Shown here one piece after another: positions 1 to 7,051 of a stretch of 40,822 nucleotides of DNA. Under the pieces are notes generated by a model, which worked only from the letters and a program-made list of their open reading frames with translations, searched no databases and had not been told where the DNA came from. Source of the DNA: Methylobacteriaceae bacterium (GTDB taxonomy: Bacteria; Pseudomonadota; Alphaproteobacteria; Rhizobiales; Beijerinckiaceae); assembly GCA_019242655.1 (NCBI GenBank), contig JAFAVH010000115.1, positions 1-40,822 on the forward strand, given 5' to 3'. Numbering within the stretch: position 1 is the first letter of the stretch; each line of letters begins with the position of its first letter. The translations under genes were made by a program, and so were the position numbers.

Positions 1-2
1 AA

Positions 3-290
3 GATCTGGGCGAGGTCCTGGCTTTGCTTGATGGCTTCATCGGGCTCGATACGGGCACGACGCATTTTGCCGGGCGGGTCGGCGTGCCGACGCTGGCGCT
101 GTTCGGCACGGCGCACGATCCGAGGGAATGGGGGCCGGTGGGCGACAAAAGCGCTTGGGCCGCGATGGACGCGCCGTGTCATCATTGCTCGATCTCCGAA
201 GCCCGCTTCTGCGCCCTCGATGTCGCGTGCATGAGCAGCCTTCGACCGGAACAGGTTTGGCCGCTCGTCGAGCAGCATTTGCTTCAATGA
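3..290 (+). CDS. Glycosyltransferase family 9 (heptosyltransferase-like), C-terminal fragment; the 5' end lies outside the window
   Basis: The frame is open from the window edge. It reads FIGLDTGTTHFAGRVGVPTLALFG (GT9 C-terminal donor-binding signature), then a four-Cys tail PCHHCSISEARFCALDVAC. Stop TGA at 288..290. Confidence 0.8.
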   Translation, partial: DLGEVLALLDGFIGLDTGTTHFAGRVGVPTLALFGTAHDPREWGPVGDKSAWAAMDAPCHHCSISEARFCALDVACMSSLRPEQVWPLVEQHLLQ

Positions 291-327
291 TGTTGGGTTC
301 ACGCAGCGCGCTGGAGGGCGCTCGTCC

Positions 328-2256
328 ATGAGTTCGCCTTCCGCGATAAACCTTTATTGGCTTCCGGAGCCTGACCACTGGGCGGAGGAGATCCGGAGCC
401 TGGAGCAGCGGGAAGCCGCTCCGGAGGCTTGGGAGGCGCTGGTTGCGCTGGCGAGGCAGCGGCTGAACTTTGTGCGTTTGGACCGTTTGGATTGTGCTGC
501 GCGGCGACTGTTCGGTGAAAGGCCGCCGCAGCTTTCCACGCGACCAGTCCGGCTCGCTGTGCTGGGTTCGTCGACCACTGCGCAGCTATCTCCAGCGATC
601 CGCGTGGCGGCTCTCCGACGTGACCTCTGGGTCGAGACTTTCGAGCCCGAATATGGGCAGTATCGACAAGCGCTCGCGGATCCTTCCTCGCCGCTCCATC
701 GCTTCCACCCGACCGCTGTTCTGTTCGCGCTTGATGCCTATGAGATGACGCGAATGGCCGATCCGCGGCTGAATGCCGCCGAGGCCATCGCGTCGGTAGA
801 GGCGACTCTCGATGATTGTGAGGCGCTGTGGGGACGGGCGCGCGATGCGTTCGGCTGTCAGATCATCCACCAGACTATCCTGCCGGTGTTCCCAACCCTG
901 CTCGGGATGAACGAACATCGTCTCCCGGGCGCGCCTGCCGCAATGCTCTCGCAGCTCAATGCTCGTCTGCGCGAGCGCGCGGCCAAGCATGGCGTCGATC
1001 TGCTGGCGGCGGACGCGCGTGCGGCGAAGGACGGCTTCGATGCCTGGCACGATCGCGTTCTCTGGCACCGGGCAAAGCAGGAGGTCGGGCCGCGCGCCGC
1101 GCCGCTCTATGGCGAACTTGTCGCGCGCTTGCTTGCCGCCGCCCAGGGACGGAGCGCCAAGTGCCTGGTGCTCGATCTCGACAATACGCTGTGGGGCGGC
1201 GTGATCGGCGATGACGGTCTCGAAGGCATCGTCATCGGACAGGGAAGCGCGCTCGGCGAGGCATTCGCTGGCTTCCAGGCATATTGCGGCGCCCTTTCGA
1301 CGCGCGGGATCATCCTTGCCGCCTGTTCGAAGAACGACGAAGGGAATGCGCTCGCGGCATTCGAGCGACACCCGGATATGGTGTTGAAGCGCGATCAGCT
1401 CTCCGCTTTCGTCGCCAATTGGAACGACAAGGCCGCCAATCTGCGCGAGATCGCCGGGACGCTGAACATCGGCCTCGACGCGCTCGTCTTCGCGGATGAC
1501 AATCCCTTCGAGCGCAATCTCATACGGCGCGAGCTCCCGATGGTCTCCGTGCCAGAACTTCCGGAGGATCCCGCCTTCTTCGCCGCCTGCATCAGCGACG
1601 CCGGCTATTTCGAAGCACGCGACCTGAGCGAGGAAGACCGCGCGCGGGGCGAGCTCTACCGTGCAAATCATGCGCGTGATCGCGCCAGAGCGGACGTGAC
1701 GGACCTCGATGCTTATCTGCGCTCGCTTGAAATGAAGCTGTTGTGGCGCCCCTTCGATCGGATCGGCCTGCAGCGCATCGTTCAGCTCATCAACAAGACG
1801 AATCAATTCAATCTAACGACTCGCCGCTACAACGAGGACGAGGTGGCGGCGTTGATGGCCGATCCCGGCGTGTTCACGCTTCAGCTGAGGCTTATAGACC
1901 GTTTCGGCGACAATGGGATGATCGCGGTGGTTATCGGACGCAAGCTCGACAACGGACAGGCCGAGATCGATACCTGGTTGATGAGCTGCCGGGTGCTAGG
2001 GCGGCGCGTTGAGGAGGCGACGCTCGTCCTCGTCGAAGAGCAGGCTGCACGTCTAGGGGCAAGGCGCCTGATCGGCCGATATCGGCCTACCGGGAAGAAC
2101 GGCATGGTCGCCGAGCATTATCCGAAGCTGGGGTTTGCACCGATTAAGGCAGCTGATGGCCTTGGAGACGAGCTCTATGTTCGCGCCTTTGGCGCGCCCG
2201 GAGCCGGATTTCCGATTGAGCTTGTCGCGGAAGTAAGCATCGAAGCATTGGTCTGA
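328..2256 (+). CDS. FkbH-like HAD-superfamily (subfamily IIIC) phosphatase/acyl-loading enzyme
   Basis: 642-aa ORF. HAD motif I DLDNT at 1174..1188 lies within LVLDLDNTLWGGVIGDDGLEGI. Later CSKN and FADDNP motifs are present. The C-terminal NKTNQFNLTTRRY ... DRFGDNGMI ... WLMSCRVLGRRVE region is typical of FkbH-type proteins. Confidence 0.85.
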   Translation: MSSPSAINLYWLPEPDHWAEEIRSLEQREAAPEAWEALVALARQRLNFVRLDRLDCAARRLFGERPPQLSTRPVRLAVLGSSTTAQLSPAIRVAALRRDLWVETFEPEYGQYRQALADPSSPLHRFHPTAVLFALDAYEMTRMADPRLNAAEAIASVEATLDDCEALWGRARDAFGCQIIHQTILPVFPTLLGMNEHRLPGAPAAMLSQLNARLRERAAKHGVDLLAADARAAKDGFDAWHDRVLWHRAKQEVGPRAAPLYGELVARLLAAAQGRSAKCLVLDLDNTLWGGVIGDDGLEGIVIGQGSALGEAFAGFQAYCGALSTRGIILAACSKNDEGNALAAFERHPDMVLKRDQLSAFVANWNDKAANLREIAGTLNIGLDALVFADDNPFERNLIRRELPMVSVPELPEDPAFFAACISDAGYFEARDLSEEDRARGELYRANHARDRARADVTDLDAYLRSLEMKLLWRPFDRIGLQRIVQLINKTNQFNLTTRRYNEDEVAALMADPGVFTLQLRLIDRFGDNGMIAVVIGRKLDNGQAEIDTWLMSCRVLGRRVEEATLVLVEEQAARLGARRLIGRYRPTGKNGMVAEHYPKLGFAPIKAADGLGDELYVRAFGAPGAGFPIELVAEVSIEALV

Positions 2257-2302
2257 GCGATTGAGCGGGCGGAGCCCGTGCCGGTAGTCAGCGGAGGAGC
2301 TG

Positions 2303-3905
2303 TGGAGACGAGATGAGGCGCAAGCAGGTAAGGGTCGTCGGCAACTGCCAGGCTGCCGCCATGGCGAGCTTCTATCGCGAGTTCGTGGGCGCGCCGAATG
2401 GCGAAGAGGTCATAGCGATCGACGACCTCGGCCTTAATGCAGCGGCGCTGCGGCGCTCGGTGGAGGGCGCTGACCTGGTCATCGCGATGGAGCGCGACTT
2501 CAAACATGGGCTTACCAAGGAAGAGCTCGGCGGCAGCATCGAGGTCTATACCTTCCCGATGGTGATCGCTGGTTTCCTCTGGCCGTATGCCAACGAAGCG
2601 CATGTCCACAACGTGCCCGAGCGGCCGATCTCCGATGGACCCTACCCATCGCAGATGAGCGACAGCTTCCTCAACCGCATGATCAGGAACGGCGTCTCGC
2701 CCGAGGACGCGCTCGAGCGTTACCTGGAACTCGACATCGCCAAACATGCGAGTCTCGACAGGCTGCTGGAGATCTATCTCGATAAACAGCGCGAACGCGA
2801 CGCGGCCACGGACTTCAGCATCGCTCCCCTTATCGAGGCGAAGTTCACGAGCGAGCGCCTGTTCCTCACTGCCGAACATCCGGAGGGCTGGCTGTTCGGT
2901 ATCGTGGCCGAGCAGCTATTCCACTCGATGAATGTGCCCGAGAGCGTGATTCGTACCGGGCTTGAGACCTTGACTCGCTCACCATTCCCACCGACCGAGC
3001 TTCCGCTCCACCCCGGCGTTATCACGCATTTCAAGCTGCCCTTTGCCAGCGACACAACCCTCTATCCCATGAACGAGGAAGGTCGTTTCACCTTCAACGA
3101 ATATGTTCTGCGCTATATGCGCTATGACAATAACCCGGACCTTCGCACCGGGCTTTATATGGCTGGGCGCGAGGATCCGTCGCTGACGCTCGAGCGTCTG
3201 CGGACGGGGATCGAGAAATCCCCCAAATCTGTTGCCGGTCATCGCACCAAAGGTGACATGCTCTTCCGCATCGGCCGCGTCGACGAAGCCATAGAGGCGC
3301 TGGAGGAGGCGATCCGCCTCGAACCCGATCATGCCGCGCGCTATGCCGATCTTGCGCTCGTGCTGTCGCGCACTGGGCGCTCGGCGCGGGCGCAAGAACT
3401 CGCCAGCAAGGCCGCCGCCATGGAGCCAAAGCTGGGCTTCGCTCAGGTCGTGCTGGCCGAGGCGCTTCTCTATGGCGGGGATATCGCGGGTGCAGTCGCC
3501 TCTGCGCGCGAGGGCGTGCGGCTTGGACCAGGACGACCTCACGCATATCGCATCCTTGCCCTGGCGCTGCACGGCACCGGCCGGTCCATTGAGGCTGAAG
3601 GCTATATCCGCACCGCGATGCTGATCGAGCCCGAGGTCGCGGACCATCGCAACTTGCTTGCCGAAATCCTTGAAGGGCAGGAGCGCCGACAGGAGGCGCT
3701 GGACGCGCTCGAGGAGGGCCTTCTTACGGGGTGTCAGAACGACCAGACCTATTCGCTTCTGGGCAACTTCCTTATGCGCGCCGGCGTGCTGGATCTGGCC
3801 GAGCAGGCGTTCGCGGAGGGCGCCGAGCTTTACGGCCACTGTCGGCCCGATTTGCGGGACTGCATGATCCAGGTGCAGCAGATCCGAGCGGCGCCGAAGG
3901 AATGA
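2303..3905 (+). repeat. Dispersed direct repeat copy A (gene-sized duplication, partner at 14292..15894)
   Basis: Nucleotide similarity starts at TGGAGAC upstream of the ATG and runs to the stop. Long near-identical runs occur, e.g. CCGATCTCCGATGGACCCTACCCATCGCAGAT in both copies. Confidence 0.75.
2313..3905 (+). CDS. WcbI-like domain protein (putative polysaccharide-modifying/acetyltransferase family) fused to C-terminal TPR repeats, paralog 1
   Basis: 530-aa ORF with GGAG 5 nt upstream of the ATG. N-terminal motifs are VVGNCQ, FLWPY, GPYPSQ and DSFLNRMI. The C-terminal ~220 aa form TPR-like repeats (GDMLFRIGRVDEAIEALEEAIRLEPDHA...). The WcbI assignment is from memory of the family signature, not a search. 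Confidence 0.7.
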   Translation: MRRKQVRVVGNCQAAAMASFYREFVGAPNGEEVIAIDDLGLNAAALRRSVEGADLVIAMERDFKHGLTKEELGGSIEVYTFPMVIAGFLWPYANEAHVHNVPERPISDGPYPSQMSDSFLNRMIRNGVSPEDALERYLELDIAKHASLDRLLEIYLDKQRERDAATDFSIAPLIEAKFTSERLFLTAEHPEGWLFGIVAEQLFHSMNVPESVIRTGLETLTRSPFPPTELPLHPGVITHFKLPFASDTTLYPMNEEGRFTFNEYVLRYMRYDNNPDLRTGLYMAGREDPSLTLERLRTGIEKSPKSVAGHRTKGDMLFRIGRVDEAIEALEEAIRLEPDHAARYADLALVLSRTGRSARAQELASKAAAMEPKLGFAQVVLAEALLYGGDIAGAVASAREGVRLGPGRPHAYRILALALHGTGRSIEAEGYIRTAMLIEPEVADHRNLLAEILEGQERRQEALDALEEGLLTGCQNDQTYSLLGNFLMRAGVLDLAEQAFAEGAELYGHCRPDLRDCMIQVQQIRAAPKE

Positions 3906-3957
3906 GCCGCACCCCGGACAGCGTGCGGGCGGTGGCTCATCAGCGACTGGGTCGTCA

Positions 3958-5526
3958 TTGAATCTGCTCCGGCTGCTTCGCCGCCGTGAGACGACGGCCG
4001 GCGCCCCGCCGCCGGCGCCGGAGGGGCCCATGGTTGCGGTGGATCCCGCGCCGATCCTCGATTCATCGCAGAATTCGTCGCCGTGGCCCGAGCCTGCCGC
4101 GCCCCCGCGGCGTACGCTCCTATTGCTCGGTATCCCACACCCGGTCACCCACGCCGTGGTGCGCTACATCGAAGCTCTGCTCGGCGGCCTTCCGGCTGAA
4201 GCGGCTTACGACCTGGCCCTCGTCACCTCGGTAAAGACGTCGTGGCCTGCGGCCGACGTCACCATCTACTTGCGTCCCGAGGCGATCGATGGGCTAGCGT
4301 TGCCGGCATCGCGTTGGTTGCGGCCGCCAGCGGAGCAACGTCTCCAAACCGCGTTGCTCCGCAGGCTGGATGCCCGATGGGGCGATCAAGAGAGGCTATC
4401 GCTCGAAAGCGTGCTCAACGACGAGCACTGGCTGCCGGCGACGCTCGCACATCAGCTGAGCGTTGCATGGCCGCACGAGGCGCTCACGGCGGCGCGAGAG
4501 AGCTATCGCGCGCTACGCGAAGACGCCCGCGCCTACGGCGATCCGATCGGCTTCCTCAGCGGTGTCGACCCGGAGACCGCCCTCGCGGAGATCGTCGGTC
4601 AAGTGGGAAGAGACTACGCCGTCCTTGCAGGTGAAGAGGGCGCTGAAGCGCTGCTGCGGGGCTGGAAGCAGCTGGAGGCGACCGGCGCGGGGTTGAGCGG
4701 TCGTCGTGGCGTGCTCGGCCTCGTCACGCCGTCCGACGCGCGCACCTTGGTGCTGCGGTGGGAGCTGTCGGCTGGCGCCCCGAGGCCGCACGTCAGGATC
4801 GGGGGAATGGCTCCTCCTTGTGCTTGGCGCAGTGAGGGCGGCACCGCCGAGCTCGCGATCGCGTTGCCGAATGGTGGCAAGGGCGGTCCTCTGGCGATCG
4901 ATCTGCTTGCCGCACCACCAGAGGGTAGGTCGGATGTGCCGCTGTTGCTCGGGTTCCGCTTGCTTGCGGAGACGACCGCGCCGGCGGCGGTCACGGCGGA
5001 GCCCGATAGCGTGCCGCTGCTTCTCGGTGCCGGTTTCGATTGGCGATGTTCCGATGAGGAAGTGGCGACATGCGCCAACGCCGATGATCATTGGGCGCGG
5101 CTGTTCCGGCGCGGCGGGGCAATGCACCGCGTCGTGGTGATCGGCGCCGCGCCGCCGACGTTGCCGCGCAAGGGGCTATTCGCCGTCATGCCGCTGGACG
5201 AAGCCGGTTGGACCGCGTCGTTGCCAGAGGAGGGCATGCTTTGTCGCCCGCTGGGACCGGACGGACTGCCGCCCGATCTGTGCGAAGCCGAGATCGATCT
5301 TATCTACCTTCACAAGCTCCGCCGCCATCCCGCGCTGTCCTCGTTGCTCGGCTGGATCATGGACACGCTGCCGAGCCACGGAATTTTCGCGGGCCGAGAA
5401 GCCTCGCCGGAGGACGCCGACCATGTCGTCGCGGCTCTCGCGCGTGACGGTATTGAAGAAGGCCTAGTCGTGACGCTCGAGGGTGCGGCCTGGACGGCCA
5501 TTCCCCGCGGCTGCTGGATCGTCTGA
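3958..5526 (+). CDS. Hypothetical protein, no family recognised
   Basis: 522-aa ORF (TTG at 3958; alternative ATG at 4030). Its stop lies 1 nt before the next gene's ATG. Composition matches the neighbours. The C-terminal EIDLIYLHKL...SHGIFAG stretch is only vaguely methyltransferase-like. Confidence 0.6.
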   Translation: MNLLRLLRRRETTAGAPPPAPEGPMVAVDPAPILDSSQNSSPWPEPAAPPRRTLLLLGIPHPVTHAVVRYIEALLGGLPAEAAYDLALVTSVKTSWPAADVTIYLRPEAIDGLALPASRWLRPPAEQRLQTALLRRLDARWGDQERLSLESVLNDEHWLPATLAHQLSVAWPHEALTAARESYRALREDARAYGDPIGFLSGVDPETALAEIVGQVGRDYAVLAGEEGAEALLRGWKQLEATGAGLSGRRGVLGLVTPSDARTLVLRWELSAGAPRPHVRIGGMAPPCAWRSEGGTAELAIALPNGGKGGPLAIDLLAAPPEGRSDVPLLLGFRLLAETTAPAAVTAEPDSVPLLLGAGFDWRCSDEEVATCANADDHWARLFRRGGAMHRVVVIGAAPPTLPRKGLFAVMPLDEAGWTASLPEEGMLCRPLGPDGLPPDLCEAEIDLIYLHKLRRHPALSSLLGWIMDTLPSHGIFAGREASPEDADHVVAALARDGIEEGLVVTLEGAAWTAIPRGCWIV

Positions 5527-5527
5527 T

Positions 5528-6433
5528 ATGTGGGGCGTCATGTGCCGCATCGTCGGCGAGCGTGTCGAGACCAGCGTACCGGCGTGGCTGCTGAATGCCG
5601 GCGCGACTTACGCGATCATCCGCTTCATCACGGCTGTGGCGCAGCAGCTCATGGCCGATCCCGCGGCGCATGGCTTTACCGTCGCAAATGAATATACCTT
5701 GTTCGTGCAGAGCTGGGACCGTGCGACGACCGACGTCGCCTCTCTGGCGTTCGGCCGCAACGTGCTCGGCCACGAGGCCGTCGGACTGATCCCGGACGTC
5801 TACTACATCAATCACTTCGGCTACCGCGATGTTCGCCACTCGGCGGTCAGCTTGCCGATGTGGCGCGATCGGCGTAACGCCATCGCATGGCGCGGCTCGG
5901 TGACGGGAGGCGGCGATTTCTATTCACCCAGCGACATTCCGCGTGTGCAGCTCGCGCTGCGCTGCCGTGATATCGCCGTTGCCGACGTGGCGCTGTTCGG
6001 CGTCCACTCAACGATGGCGGGCATTTTTCCGCCCGAGCAGATCGAGGCGTTTATCACCGCCGAACGCCTGGAGGGCGATCGCTGGCACATGCCGCACTTC
6101 GGGACCTACAGATATGCCATCGACATCGACGGCCACGCGAACGCCTGGGCATTTCTCGAAAAGCTCATCCTCGGCTGCTGCGTGCTCAAGGTCGGCTCCC
6201 CCTACGAGCAATGGTTCTACGGCGATCTGCGGCCGTGGGTGCACTATGTTCCGGTGCGTGCCGATCTCTCCGATCTCGACGAGCGGATCGACTGGTGCCT
6301 GGTGCATCAGGACGAGTGCGAGTGGATCGCGCAGAACGGCGCGCGCTTTGCCGCGAGCTGCACCTATGAGCGCGAGGTGTGCCGTGCCTGCGGGCCGATG
6401 CTCGCCGCCGCATCCGTACGCCCTAGGCGTTGA
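5528..6433 (+). CDS. CAP10/KDEL-motif-type glycosyltransferase family 90 (LPS-modifying-protein-like)
   Basis: YRYAIDIDGHANAWAFLEKLILGCCVLKV...WFYGDLRPWVHYVPVRADLSDLDERIDWC matches the GT90/CAP10 core. ATG 5528 is chosen because it follows the upstream stop (5524..5526) by 1 nt. The longest ORF starts at 5483. Confidence 0.8.
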   Translation: MWGVMCRIVGERVETSVPAWLLNAGATYAIIRFITAVAQQLMADPAAHGFTVANEYTLFVQSWDRATTDVASLAFGRNVLGHEAVGLIPDVYYINHFGYRDVRHSAVSLPMWRDRRNAIAWRGSVTGGGDFYSPSDIPRVQLALRCRDIAVADVALFGVHSTMAGIFPPEQIEAFITAERLEGDRWHMPHFGTYRYAIDIDGHANAWAFLEKLILGCCVLKVGSPYEQWFYGDLRPWVHYVPVRADLSDLDERIDWCLVHQDECEWIAQNGARFAASCTYEREVCRACGPMLAAASVRPRR

Positions 6434-6519
6434 GAGCGACCGCTGTTGGACGCGCCCTTGAAGCTTGCTACAGGCTCGCGCCAGTTGCGCCGGATCGTGC
6501 CGGACGACGGAAAGGTGCC

Positions 6520-6762
6520 ATGGACGATCAGCAGATCCTCAACGAACTCACCGACATCTTCCGAGATCTGTTCGCGGACGACATGATCGTACTGACGCCA
6601 ACGACCACAGCCGCCGACATTCCTGGCTGGGACTCGATCAAGCACATCAGCCTGATCGTCGCGGTCGAGCAGCAGTTCGATATCAAGATGAAGACGTCGG
6701 AGATCGAGCGGCTTGCCAATGTCGAGGATTTGTTCGCCACCATTCGGGCGAAGCGCTCCTGA
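6520..6762 (+). CDS. Standalone acyl carrier protein
   Basis: 80-aa product from ATG 6520, with GGAAAGG upstream. The phosphopantetheine-site motif GWDSIKH has its Ser codon at 6634..6636. Size is typical of a four-helix ACP. The longest ORF (from 6430) adds an implausible Arg/Ala leader. Confidence 0.85.
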   Translation: MDDQQILNELTDIFRDLFADDMIVLTPTTTAADIPGWDSIKHISLIVAVEQQFDIKMKTSEIERLANVEDLFATIRAKRS

Positions 6763-6988
6763 TCTGCGTGCGCGTTCGCGAATCGGCAGGTGCGGCGCGA
6801 TCCTGGCAAGGAAGCGGATCCTCGCATACATTAAGGTCGTGGCGGTGTAGCCGCCCTATGTGAGGCGGGTGGAACAGCGGGATGATGAACGATCCGAAGA
6901 TGTTCGCGACGCTGAGTGTTCCTGATCCAGATTTCGCGTCCCCCCTGGTTGCCTTCGCGCGACCGCGATGTGCCGCGGCCCGGCGGGC

Positions 6989-7006
6989 ACGTGGCGCGCG
7001 CCACGT
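6989..7006. promoter_or_regulatory. Perfect 18-bp palindrome ACGTGGCGCGCGCCACGT, candidate operator upstream of TPR-GT9 paralog 1
   Basis: Its reverse complement equals itself, checked base by base. It lies 46 nt upstream of the start at 7052, in a 289-nt intergenic gap. Confidence 0.3.
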
Positions 7007-7051
7007 CGCGGAACCATGCCGGCGCATGATCCTGCGTAAGGCGGCTTCAGC

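Noticed and set aside
586-1806. Long antisense ORFs overlapping well-supported genes. Examples: 586..1806(-), 2175..2879(-), 2979..4148(-), 14509..15018(-), 23061..23780(-), 28775..29476(+), 35653..36813(+), 37369..38514(+), 39985..40821(+).
   Set aside because: They are Arg/Ala/Pro/Gly-rich translations typical of shadow frames in GC-rich DNA. They have no recognisable motifs, and each lies opposite a gene with clear family signatures.
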